Shown here in pieces: positions 1 through 13,893 of a DNA stretch of 64,000 bases (position 1 is its first letter; each line of letters starts with the position of its first letter). Location of the stretch: the NCBI GenBank assembly GCA_012295275.1, contig CM022673.1, positions 6,510,001 through 6,574,000 of the forward strand, given 5' to 3'. The notes beneath the pieces are model-generated. The model did not search any database. It was given only the letters and a program-made list of their open reading frames with translations, and was not told the origin of the DNA. The stretch is from Chrysomallon squamiferum. Lineage: Eukaryota > Animalia > Mollusca. Position numbers and translations under genes: made by a program.

Positions 1-74
1 ATATATGAATAATTGTAAATAAATATTTAAAAAATTATTAATAATAATAATGATTCTATTGGTCCTTTCATTAT

Positions 75-116
<42 letters not shown>

Positions 117-1943
117 TTTTGCTGTCATCTAATTTTATAATTTTTCAGGTTTTTTTTTTCCTCTAGTTTTGTTTAATATGCCTCAGTTCTTTCACATAAA
201 CAGTTTTTAACATGTTAAAAACTATAAATGTTCAGTTTTGCAGATGATTCTAATTTCAATTCTTAATGAAAAGCAAGTACATTTTTTTAATTTCTTTTAT
301 TTATTTATTTATTATTATTTTTTTTTATTACTTAAGACATTTTCTTTCTCCTGAAAGAATCCTGCCCCTCCCAATTCAAACCAAATGCTAACAGTGGTGA
401 AGTTACACTTTATGGTTTAAAATAATAAACACATGCAGGATTGATTATATGCCATAGTGGAAAATATTTGTCTTTCTTTTTTAATTTTTATTTATTTATG
501 TATTCATTTTTAAATTTACTTGGCACATTTATTGTATAAGAAGTTAACAGACAGTTTAATATAGTATTATTGTTATTAGTATTATTATTATTATTAGCAT
601 TATTATTAGTAGTAGTATAGATATTGTTATCCTAAGTATTTATTATTTGTTAAATTATATCAGTAGTGTATTTGTGTGTGTGTGTGTGTTTCTGGTTTTC
701 TTTACTTAATAATCATTACATGTCAGTTGTTGTCACAGTTGTAAATCTGTTGTGTTCCCACTGATGTTGTTGTAGTAGTTAACTGATGTTCTTGCTGTTA
801 CTTTACATGCTATTTTAGTTACATCTTGTTTTAACATTCTGATATAAGCCTTTTAAATATCATTATGATACTGATTTATCAAAAGTCGTGGAATTCGCTT
901 GCTTGTCTTTCAGTAGATATATATAAAAGGTCACAGTACTGCTATATATATATATATAAAATACACCATATAATCAGTTAAAAAAATATATGCAGTCCAT
1001 TATTCAAGTGAAATAATTTCTTGGATTCCAGTATAAACAAAGAAAATCTCTCCCCAACCAAAAAAAAAAAATAAAATAAAATAAAATAAATAAATAGAAA
1101 CAGAAAAAAAAAAAAAAAAAAAAAAAAACATACATTTGATATATTCTTAGTAAGTGTTAATATTAACATTGCTGAGATGTTGCCAAAAAAATCATTAACA
1201 AATTTCATTCATCAACACTGTCTAAAACAAACAAGACAAAACAATGCACTGGTCATCATGACATACAGCCAGTATCCAACACTTTATGGTGTCACTGAAA
1301 AAAAAAAAAAAAAAAAAAAAAAAAGAAGAAAGAAACAAAAAATCCTAGTGTGCCATTAAACAGCATTGCTCTTTGACAAAACTAAACATTTCTATACAGT
1401 TATGTTTCTCTTGGGTTGGAGGAAGCCATCGTCGTTTCATCAGGGTTTCTTTAAGTAGAGGAATAATTGTGATCTGTTTTTAAAACTGGGATTTTTGAGT
1501 TGGAAAAGGATAAAATTAGTTAATTTTGGAGAAGATATTTCCCCAGGTGATAATTTAGTTGAATCATGTTTCTGTTTTCAGCAAAGAATGGCTGCTACAA
1601 AGGGGCATAAATAGCTCTGAAGTTTTATTGAATCTAAATTATATCCCCTTTCTTTCTTTCTTTCTTTTTATTCATTTAATTGCTTTTCATCTTTTTTTTT
1701 TTTTTTTTAAAAGATGTCTGTTTTAAAACATGGTCTGAATTGATAGTTAATGCCATTGTATAAACCAGACACTGTAAACAGAGGACAAATCTGAGATAGG
1801 TTATTTTGTTTTGGTGAGGAATGTTTCAGAACTGGTTTTACAGCTGTTCCAAGAAGGAAGGAGTGAAATTAAAAAATAAACAAGTTAATAAAATTAAAAT
1901 TAAAATAACGAAATATTTTCTGATGGAAGGACTAGTCATCAAA

Positions 1944-1978
<35 letters not shown>

Positions 1979-2301
1979 ATGAAAAGAAGGAAGAAAAATG
2001 TTTAAATGCCACAAATCTGGAACAGACTTTAACAACTTCATTGGTTAAGCTTCTCTGTTAAAACATTGTTTGTTAAATTATAAAGACTTGTATCCATTGT
2101 TCACTTAAATACAACAACTTAATAATCTGTATCCTTAAATGCACGTAAACCTACATTCTTTTCTCCTATTTATGATGATTATTATTTTTATTTATTTATT
2201 TATTTATTTGTTTGTTTTAAACTGTTTTCTGTGACATTATAAAATTAAATAATAATAAATAAAAATATTAATACAGGAACATAAATATATATATATATAT
2301 A

Positions 2302-2625
2302 CACAGTGGTCTCCCCAGCATTTGTGAAAGAGATGGAAGGAATTGGCCTAACTGGTGCAAGCTAGAAGAAAAATTTCAGGGTACAAGTACTTTGAACAAT
2401 GTTCAAATTACTCGTTTCTCAAAAACACTCTAATAAATAATTGCATCAAATGCATTAACTGTTAACAAGTTTATTTTACTAGCAATTAAATAAAATCGAA
2501 GTGTCTGTTTAATTTATTATACAAAATGAAGTTCACTAAATAAACAGGTGGTGGATGTTACTGGCATTGCCGATGAATGTTGGGCGAACTCGTTATAAGG
2601 CGTAAGGGTTGGCGAGACCTCAGTG
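2302..2625. mobile_element. MITE / non-autonomous DNA transposon in a TA microsatellite
   Basis: Imperfect TIRs: cacagtggtctccccagc vs reverse complement cactgaggtctcgccaac (14/18 match); (TA)n on both flanks; no ORF. Confidence 0.6.
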
Positions 2626-2649
2626 TGTATATATATATATTGTGTATAT

Positions 2650-3115
2650 TGTATTATGTAATATTATGTCTGTGTAAGAAAGTAATACATAAAGAATGTT
2701 GTTCTGTCTCCCAGACATGTCACTTGTTAATACAATATTTATCTATGTAAAATACTTAGTGTAAATTGTGTTGGAATATTGTGTCTGTGTAAGAAAGTAT
2801 CACATAAAGAATTTTGTTCTCTCTCCCTGGCATGTCACTTGATAATATAATATATATCTATGTAAAATACCATGTGCAAATTGTGTTGTAATATTATGTT
2901 TGTGTAAGAAAGTAACACATAAAGAATTTTTTTCTGTCTTCCTGTCATGTCACTTGTTAATACAATATATATCTATGTAAAATACAGTGTGCAAATTGTG
3001 TTGTAATATTATGTCTGAGTAAGAAAGTAACACATAAATAATTTTTTTTCTGTCTCCCTGTCATGTCACTTGTTAATACATTGTTATATATATCTCTGTG
3101 TGTGTGAAATTGTTA
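2650..3115. repeat. Minisatellite, ~115-bp unit x4
   Basis: aatattatgtctgtgtaagaaagtaa...catgtcacttgttaatac recurs at ~2658, 2774, 2888 and 3003. Confidence 0.9.
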
Positions 3116-3501
3116 CATAGTTTTAATGTCTGTTTCAAAGCATTATGTTTGTATGTTGTTACTGTCATTCCTGTAATACACTGTTCTAATTTGTATCATT
3201 GATCAATTTTGTGTGGGAGTTTTTTTCTTCACACACACAGTGAATGAATGTCATCGCTTGTGGAGATTTTAAATACAGGATTTCAGTTTTATTTGTTAAT
3301 ATAATACTTTATTTTAAAAAGTGTGATATGCTTACAAATATATTTTAACACACGATTTTTATAATTATGTTCAAATTTGTAACTAACAATTGTAATGCAT
3401 TTCTTTTTTTTTTCGTTAAACATTTTTTCACTCACCTATCTATCCATCCATCCATTTATCCATCCATACATACATCCATCCATTTATTCAAAATTAAAAA
3501 C

Positions 3502-3535
<34 letters not shown>

Positions 3536-3547
3536 CTTTCACTTAAG

Positions 3548-3679
3548 GTGTAAATCCATGTGGCTCAAACAATGGGGGATGCTCCCACCTCTGTCTGATG
3601 TCGCCACGGAAACCGTACTATGCTTGTGCGTGCCCCACTGGAGTGCAGCTACTAAAAGACAACAAGACTTGCGCCAATG
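3548..3679 (+). CDS. LRP6: LRP5/6 exon, first EGF-like domain
   Basis: aag|GT...AATG|gtatgt; [43 protein letters not shown]. Confidence 0.95.
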
Positions 3680-6600
3680 GTATGTAATGGGCTCCACAGT
3701 CGTGTCAAAAGTTTAAAACACGCACGCATACGTAAAACTGACCATAAACACTGTCACAAAATTCAGCCGTAAAAACTGGCGAGATGTGAAATGCAGAGAG
3801 AATGGAGTCAGTTTTAGACCTAAGAGGCAATTATTGCCGTCGAAACATTGCTAAATATTTATGGAATAAGTTTTACGTGTCATATTTTAAGCAGGCGAAT
3901 CTCTCTTTATTACCAGTGTTCGTATCAGACCCTTTGACCTACCAGGTCCTCATTAAAGAGGACCTGCGGTTTATGGACACTAATGACAATAAAAAAAAAA
4001 GTGAATAATATTCGAGTGTGAATATTTGTCTGCTTTTAATAGTGTAGTTCACTGTTTTAAGTAGATTGTTATTGTCCAAGTTTTCACTGGTGTTAGCTAA
4101 AAATAAAGACTGTACAAAAGGAATTTAATGTGGCCTTGTAAGATAGTGAAACAGAGTGTATGGCAGATGGAATGTTTGTATGTGTGTGTGTGTTTGTGTG
4201 TGTGTGTGTTGTGTTTGAGAAAATAATTAATAATTTTATTTTGAATAATTAGATTAAATTTACACTGAGATGATAATTTAATTTTAAAAGAAGTTGTTAA
4301 AATTGTTCAAATTTAATAATTCTACAATTTAATGTTTATTAAATAAAATAAATATTTACTTATATTTTTTTTATTTACAGTCATTTATTTTTAATATTAA
4401 TTTAAAATATTTTTAAAATTTAAAAAAAAATCAACCTTTTGTAATCAGTATTTTTATTCTAGCAAAAAAATACATTTTAACTATACATATTATTATTTTT
4501 TTAAATATGAAAATTAATTTTAAAAAAATATTACTTTTTTCCCCATTCCAACAGGTGCTCAGGAAGTTCTGTTTCTAGCACGGAGGACCGACCTGCGTCA
4601 GATTTCCTTAGACATCCCTGATTACACTGATGTGGTCCTGCCTCTGAAGGACATTAAACATGCAATAGCACTGGACTATGATCCAGTGGAACGAAAAATC
4701 TACTGGACTGATGACGAAGTACAAGCTATACAGAGAGCAAATTTAGATGGATCAGGTATGTATGAATGCATGTGTGTGACAGAATTGTTCAAGCATGGTT
4801 GTCATGGTCAAGAATAAAAATTAAAAAAATTATTTATATGCTTTATCTTTAACAAAGATTAGAAATATAAAGAACACTATATATATATATTTTTTTTTTT
4901 TTCTGTGTTTTATTGTTGGAAAAAATTATTTGTGAGAAGCCCATAAAACAGTAATATTTGTGTGTGCTTTATTATTAATAAACCTGACTGGTGAGAAAAT
5001 ATTATTTGTATTTATTTATTCTTGGAAAAAATGATTTATTGGAACACATAAAACAGCATTATTTGTATGTCTTCTTGTTAGCAAAAAATTTTTTTGAGGT
5101 ACAGATAAAATATATATCTTTACTTTGTTTTATTGTTTATAAAGGTTACTGATGAGTTTTTTTTTTTATATATATATGCTTTATTGTTAACAAAGATTGT
5201 GAGTAAATAACATTATAAGAATCTCGTATAACTGTTCAACAGGAATATCAAAACTCACCTCCATTCAAGAAACATTAGTAAAATTAATTTATTTAAAAGA
5301 TAATAACACAGAATGCAAACTAAAAAAATAACATTTAAATACATACATATTTTGAAAACGTTTAATTTTCAGATCAAGAAATAATTGTCAGCACTGAAGT
5401 CGAACATCCTGATGGAATTGCTGTAGACTGGATTGGACGGAACTTGTACTGGACAGACACCGGCACAGACAGAATAGAAGTAGCCAGGCTGAACGGGACG
5501 TCGAGGAAAGTGTTGCTGTCAGACAACTTGGAGGAGCCCAGAGCTATAGCGCTGGATCCTGTTAAAGGGTGTGTTTTCAATTACAACCATGTCGATTTGG
5601 ATAACCTGCTGTCACTATAGCAACCATTTTGATTGGCTTGTTAAATAGAATTTCTTTCCTCATCTTCTAAAAAAAAAAAAAAATCCCAACAATAACAAAG
5701 TTAAAAAAACCACATGATTTTATAACAACCTCAATTTTGCCATATTCTGGCATTTTTGTTTTTTGTGTTTTTTTGTTTTTTTGTTTTTTAAATCAGGAAA
5801 GCATACAGTCTAAAAAATTTTAATATACTCGTTACAGGCTGCTTTTTCTCACATTTCTCAATACAGTTCACTATTTTTGGATTTACATTTCATTTAATTT
5901 CAATTATATTTATATTTATATTTATGGAGTTGTATTTAATTTGTTAATGTTTGATTGCCTGTTGCTTTCTTTTTCTTTTCTTTTTTCCATATATATTTTT
6001 ATTTTTTTTTTAATAATTTTTATTTATTTATATTTTGAATTTGTTGAATTTATAATTCGTTTCCGTCTTAATATTTTCACAACTTAATTACTATTATGCT
6101 TTCATTCCATCACACAGTTAATCACTATCATACTTTCACACATTTTATCACAATTATACATAATTTTTAATGAACTTACAGATAGCTAGCTAACTATACC
6201 TATCTGAACTTCTGACCGAAGTATTCTTTAAATAATTTAATAACAGTTCCAAACAAACTAAATATTTCTCCTCAGACATTTATGCTGTTTCTTTATTTTT
6301 ATTTTTATTTATTTTTTTATCTCTTCCAAGCTCTCATTAAAACAAAAACAGTCTCAATTCTAGAAATTACATCAGTGTTTGTGTAACCGTTTCAGGCACA
6401 TTTATTGGACTGACTGGGGCAAACGTCCAAAAATAGAACGGGCTAATCTTGATGGATCAGGGAGGATAACTCTAGTGAACACTACCCTTGGCTGGCCCAA
6501 TGGGTTATCTCTCGACCTGGCTGCTAGGAAGATGTACTGGGCAGATGCCAAGGTTGACCAGATTGAGGTTTCTAATCTAGACGGGACAAACAGAACTGTA

Positions 6601-9600
6601 CTGGTCTCGGAAAATCTGCCACATGTGTTTGGGTTCAGTGTTTTAGGTATGATTTTTTTTTTTTTTAAATTATTTTATGCTGATGTGAATATAATTATGA
6701 GTCTGTGACTGATATGAAAGTTGATGGTATTTTAGTAACTGTTAATATTAGTATGAAACTGCTTTTTTATTATTATTATTATTATTATGTTTCTGTGATG
6801 ATATCTGTAGTATTACTTTCTCGTGTTATTAATTTATTATATTATTTATTTTTATTGGTTTAAAGCTTTGATTATCTGTTTTAATAAATATAATGATACA
6901 GTTTTCTGTTACAAAAATACTTTACATGCATGACCATACACACACATCACGCACGCATGCATGCACACAGACAGACAGACAGACAGACAGAAGGAGAAAC
7001 AGGCATAAACGTTGTTCTTTCTGCTAGAGAAAACTAGATAGATAAATAAATCTGTATGAATATTACAGATCAAAATTTAAACTGCAACGCGTACTGCCAT
7101 AATTATTTACAAAATCTCAACTTGAAATAAATTTAAGCTGATTACCTCCCGAAAGTTTGCTCTCGCCTTCATGCAGCTTTGGCTTCTCTTTAACATTTGT
7201 TAATATTTAACATGTCAGCTAAAGTGAGTATACTAATCACAGGGATATATTAATTACATCAGCAGAATGGGCTGGCTCAGATGTTGCCAAAACATTTCTG
7301 CAAATGTGTGTTGTTTACTCTTTGCACAGATTTCTTTCTTCTTTTTTTTTTGGTCTTTTTTCTGTACCAAATCTTTTAAAAATATATGTTTGGGTTTTAA
7401 AATGTATGACAGATATTGATATAAATAAATAAATAAATAAATAATAAATCAAAAGAAAAACTGTAGCTGACTTCATTTTGAAAAATAAACCACCGTAGCA
7501 AAGTTTTATATTAAAGAATAAGAAAATAAGTAAAGTAAATAAATAAGAAGCATATTACTTTAATTGAATTTGCATGTTAGGAAATAAATAAATAAATAAA
7601 TAAAAAGAAATAAATAAAATCAGAAATAATTTCATTATAACACATTGAAAGTGACTGTATTTTAATTTAGATTTTTTTTTAAAAATAATTTCATTTATTT
7701 AAAATTCATTGTACTTAGTTAGCCTTTCAAGTGTAAAAATTAATTAAAAATTTAAAGTTTTGAAAATTTACACAACTAGTCTGCGAATATGTTAATTAGA
7801 CCCACTGACAGAACCAGTTTATCAAGCAAGAGAACCACTTAGTTTTAAAAACTGATATCCTAATTAGTACATTAATAATATACCTGGGAATCTGATGAAC
7901 TGAGCAGGTGGAAAAATTATTTTAAAGCATGTCTTAAAAACTGAAAATTGATGCCATTAATTAAGATATGGTAATTCAGTTGAATTAATTTTAAAACAGA
8001 ATGAAATCTGACTCCAGACAACACATTTAAAATTTTAAAATTTATATAATTATATTAACTGAAGTTCATATTGGTGTATTTATTGAAAATATAAGTCCTT
8101 TGAGTTAATGAAAACTGACTTTAAATTATATTTTAAAATTTTTAAATTTTATCAGTTTCTTTATTTCTGTAATTCAATAATTGAACTTAAAATATTGAGT
8201 TAATGAAAACTTGCCATTATATTTAAAATTTTTAACAATTTCTAAAATTAACAATTAACATTTTCTATAATTCTGGTTTAATTATTTATTGAAAAAAAAA
8301 CCAATTTAACGAATTAATGAAAAAGGATTTAAATTACATATTCAAAAGTTTTAAAATCAATTGAGATTAATATCTTTACTGAAAATATTAAATCCTTTGA
8401 GTTAATCATAACTAAATTTAAATTATTTATATAAAAATTTAAAAAAAACTGGTTATTGCTAACTAACAGTGTCTGTGTTTTCAGGTGAATATATTTACTG
8501 GACAGACTGGCAGAGCAGATCCATTGAGCGAGTGAACAAACATACGGGAAAGAACAGACAGGTGATCACAGAACAACTTCCTGATCTGATGGGTCTGAAA
8601 GCCATCAGTGTCCACATACCAAAAGGTAAAACAAAAAAAAAATACCTGAACGAATCAATAAATCAATTTTAATATACGTGAGATTATCATATACTAGATC
8701 CTGTACAATATTTGATTAATCATGAACTCACGTTTTGCCTTTGGCTGCTGTTAATTGCTGATAGCAAGAAAACTTTTGTAATATTATTATTATTATTATA
8801 TACATATAATCATGGTTATTGGTACTGTCGTTAAGGAGCAGCGTTTGGAATAAGAAATAACGTATTATGCCACATGACGAAGATTGATCCAGAGATTAAC
8901 AGGGCCTGAGACAAAGTGAATAACAATTTTGGTGTAATAACATTAATGATGACGATGATAATAATTAGTCGTAGCAGTGAAAGATTCCACTTAATTCAAA
9001 AGAAAAACAAACTGCAACAAGGTGTCTGTACAGTTATTAATTCATTTCAGGTACAAATCCTTGTGCAGAGAACAATGGAGGCTGCAGTCACCTGTGTTTG
9101 TTTCGGCCAAAGGGTCCTGTCTGTGCGTGTCCAATGGGGCTGGAGCTGGTCAGCAATGGAAAGACCTGCATTGTCCCCGAGGCCTTCCTTCTCTTCTCCA
9201 GCCACACAGACATACGAAGATCTCCTTGGAAACAAACCACAACAACCAGCCACTCCCCCTGCATGGGGTGGAAGAGGCGGTGGCCATCGATTTTGATATT
9301 AATGATAACAGGATTTACTGGACTGATGTGGGACAAAAGGTACTGTGGGATGATTAATGTGTTTGTTTTTTTTATTTTTTATTTTTATTATTATTATTAT
9401 TATTTTTTTTTTAATATCATTTTTATTTTATTTTTTTTTTATTTTATTAGGATATTGTGTATATACATGTGTGTTGAACTTTATTTCTTTTAAATTGTAA
9501 AAATATATATCTTTTATATTGAAATGTCATATCTGATCATATTACAGCATTGTCTCCAAGTTTACTTGGCTTTTATTTAACAATATTATAAACTCATGTC

Positions 9601-9607
9601 TCAGTAT

Positions 9608-9643
<36 letters not shown>

Positions 9644-9653
9644 CTGTATGTAT

Positions 9654-9688
<35 letters not shown>

Positions 9689-12600
9689 CTAAATCAGTTA
9701 CCAAAACATACTTTCACTGAATTGACTTACAAATAATAACTAACACCCAATCATTGATTTTCAAAACTGAAATCTCTTTTAGAGCATCAACCGAGCGTTT
9801 ATGAATGGGAGTGCGCTGGAACACATCATTGAGTTTGGCTTGGAGTACCCGGAAGGCATGGCAGTCGACTGGGTTGCTCACAACATCTACTGGGCTGACA
9901 CTGGCAAGAACAGGATAGAGATGGCAAGACTTGATGGATCATCACGGAAAGTCCTTATCTGGAGAGATCTAGAAAACCCACGTGCTCTTGCACTGGATCC
10001 ACCTAATGGGTGAGTTTCTGTCAGTGGGTTAACTAGAGAGATCTAGAGAACCTGTCTGTGCTAGAAGTGAACCCATCTAAAAGATATTTTTTTATTTTTT
10101 ATTTTATTTACTATGTTCAGCAAATCGGACACTGAATCCACTTGATGGATAAGGTTCTGTTAGTAGATTGTCTGGACAGATCTCACAGTTGACTTCCTCT
10201 GATGGCTACAGTTCTGTTCATATTTCAGCTTAATGGATAGTTACTTATAAATGGATATGTTTCTTGTTAAAAAATAGATTTAAAAATAATACCGGTACAA
10301 CAGCTAAAGTAAGCAAAGATGAGAAGAAAAAAAAAAAAAAAAAAAACTCAGTTGAAATATACACTCTAAAAATGTTTCTATTTTTCTTCAGCTTTCCTTT
10401 TATTGCTAAGATTTGAATTACTAAATACCATAAATTAACGTGCATATGAATAAGCTTTTCTTTTTTTATACTTTTATTTTCTTAAAAGCAAACAATACGG
10501 TGTAAAACTGAAAAGTAGACCTGTTGAATAATAATGTGTTTTTCTAATTTCAGGTACATGTACTGGACTATTTGGGGAAACGAACCGAAGCTGGAGAGGG
10601 CAGCGCTAGATGGAAGTCAGAGGACGGTTCTGATTCCCGATCTGGGTCGTGTGCAAGACATCACCATCGACTACATCGAGCGCAGGCTCTTCTGGGCTGA
10701 CCTCGACACCAAGAAAATAGAGTCGTCAGATTTGACAGGTAAACTATAAAAGGCTAAGAATACAGGTGTTTCGTTATTTTTGGACTATGCAGTAAAAAAT
10801 CTGAAATACACTGAATTAAATAAATTAAATTTAAAAATACAGATGTTTTGTGACTCTTGGAATAGAAAATATATACAGTAAAAACTGAAATACACTAAAT
10901 TAAATTTTAAATTTAAAAAAAAAAATGCAGAGTTTTGTGATGAGTATTTGAGGATTGGGATTTTTTTTTTGTAGGTGAGGCTTGTAAACAGAAGTAAATA
11001 AAATATACTTCCATTTGTATGGGGTTTTTTCAAGAACCAATAAAATCATTCATTGTTTTCATAAATTAATATGGGAAATTTTTGGAAATCACTTTAATGT
11101 TTATTATAGAAAGATCTTGAATTTTATTTGGGTCTGATTCATGAAACTTTCGCATAAATAAATAAATATCACATGTATGAACTATTTAACTCTGTGGAGA
11201 CAAAGTGTGTATATATGTTCAGACATAATGTTCCAAAGATATTTAAATTACCAAATATCTTAAAAAAAAAAAAAAACAGCATATTAAATTGGACATAAGC
11301 AGAACATTTTATAATATTATGTGGTTCTTTGAACTCAATAGGACCACAAAACCACTGTTTTTTCTTGTAAACAAATTTAAAAATCTGGTACAAAATCATC
11401 CTGCAAAATTAAGAGACTTACTGCTTGTTTCAATCTGTTTCCAAACCGTTTTTTTGATAAAACAGCGTCATCCCCATGTCTCACTAAGCAGCAAATACGG
11501 ATGTTATTTCTTTTTTTCCACAGGCAAAAACAGAAGAGAGGTTGTCCAGAGTCAGCTCCTCCATCCTCTGGGTCTCACCCAGTACCAGGACTTCGTCTAC
11601 TGGACAGACTTCAAGAGGAAGACCATAGAGAGAGCCAACAAGACCACGGGAAGCAACAGGACGATGATACAAGGAGGAGTGAACTACGTGATGGACATTC
11701 TTGTCTACCACACGTCCAGACAGTCAGGTAATATCTCACTTACCATTAAACTGCTGGTCCACAGTTTTCTTCAGTTTGCTTATTCTAATATATTTGCATG
11801 ATGGAACATGGATCTGCAAGCCCAGCATGCGGTAAGCTGATTACTGATAAGGATGAATTGGTTGGCAGATTTTTTTGGGGTAAATTTGTTGGTCTGTCGA
11901 ACATTTTAGTCTGTGACACTTGATGTTAGTCAGTCAAGTGCAGCTGTGAATTTTTCTGTTAACCATGTTGTTGTATTCCATTTAATATTCTGAAACTGAT
12001 GTGTACTCAATGTGTATTTAATGTAATTAGGTAACTACAATTATAGATGAATAAATAAACCTGGTTTTTGTTAATGTACATATAAAACAAAATATTTGAC
12101 TGTAATGTTAAAAAAATTAAAACATATACTGGCGTCCCATTCAGATAAGTAACTTGATAAGCCGATTTATCACATATTTCGTAAAATACAAATCTCCAAT
12201 ACTAGTAGTTTGTGTTGTTTTTTTGTTTTTTAATCCTATATTTAATCATTTATGTTTTTCTTTATTTTTAACTGACATATCAGTCCAAATTTATGACATG
12301 TTAGATTAATACTTGTACATTTCTGTTATTTGGTATTTGTACAACTCTCTCATTTTTACTTAAGAAAAGTTACATATATTTAAAAAAAATAAAAAATTAG
12401 ATTTTACAAATTATTGTTTAAAAAAATATATATATATCACTGTGTATTTAATATTGGATTAACACACATATATCTTGTATTTACTATTAGATTTTACAAA
12501 TTTCTTCAATTTTTTTAAATGTTTTTTAAATACGTCACATTATTTAATATCTGATTTCTGTCTTCCAGGCTGGAACTCGTGTGGAGTCAACAATGGAGGC

Positions 12601-13036
12601 TGCTCCCACCTGTGTATGGCACACCCAAAGTCAGCTGACACTAACGCCACCACCCATCACTGCTCTTGTCCCACTCACTATACACTGAATAAAGACAACA
12701 AAACCTGCTCAGGTATATTTATTTGTTTTTTAACTACTCTATAATTTGTATTTGTCACAGTGCTCATCAAATCATAGCTAAAGTCCATTTTTTTTAAAAA
12801 TATATGTCTAAATTTCCTTTTATGATTTTTTTTTTATATGTCCATGCATTTTTTTGTTTTACTTTTATGATTGTTTATTATTATATTATTATTATTTATT
12901 TATTATTATTATATATTATGTTATTATTATTATTATTTTTATTATTATTTTTAATTGTTATTATTATTATTATTATAATTATGTTATTATTATTATGAAT
13001 ATTATTATTATTATGATTATTATTATTATGATTATG

Positions 13037-13096
<60 letters not shown>

Positions 13097-13110
13097 TTTA
13101 TTTTTTTTTT

Positions 13111-13143
<33 letters not shown>

Positions 13144-13857
13144 TTTTTTTTTCCAGCACCAAAACGTTACCTTTTGTTGAGTCAGAAAAATGCAATCAGT
13201 CGCCTAGCAATGGGACTGGATGACACTGAGGCTGTTGACAACCCAGAGGTGATGTTGCCAATCCATGGACTGAGAAACATCAAGGCCCTCGCCTACGACC
13301 CTGTTGACGAATTCATCTACTGGATTGATGGAAGACAAAAAACTATCAAACGAGCTCATGATAATGGAACAAAGGTATGAACATTTTTAATAACTATTTT
13401 ACATTAACAAAAATAAAAAATAACTTTTCATATATGTTGTTGTTGTTTTATGTATAAGATATACATTACAGGTTCTGGAAGAAAATAAAACTTAAATTAT
13501 AAATAATTCCAGACACAAGCTGTAACTTGTATATTATTAAGTATTTAATGTATGATAAAAATCTTAAAATTATGAGAATATTTTGTTAATACATTGAGTA
13601 AACTGTATCTAACTCAAATATCTTTACAGTAGCAATATATATATATATATGTTTACTGTGTATAATATTAACAGTAAGAAATTGTTTTTATGAAAATGTT
13701 TTGATATCATGCACACCACTCTGAGACTATTGTGATTTATTTGTTTTAATTGTTTATTTTATTGGTAGTAGTAGTACTTAGTCATATTTTTATTGTTGGT
13801 GTTTTTACTACTACTATTACTGCTAGTATTTTTGCGATGATGATGATGATGATGATG

Positions 13858-13893
<36 letters not shown>

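Noticed and set aside
12804-13195. Poly-Ile, poly-Asn and poly-Tyr ORFs (also poly-SL, ER and HT ORFs at 53.8, 59.0 and 61.5 kb)
   Set aside because: Translations of microsatellites.
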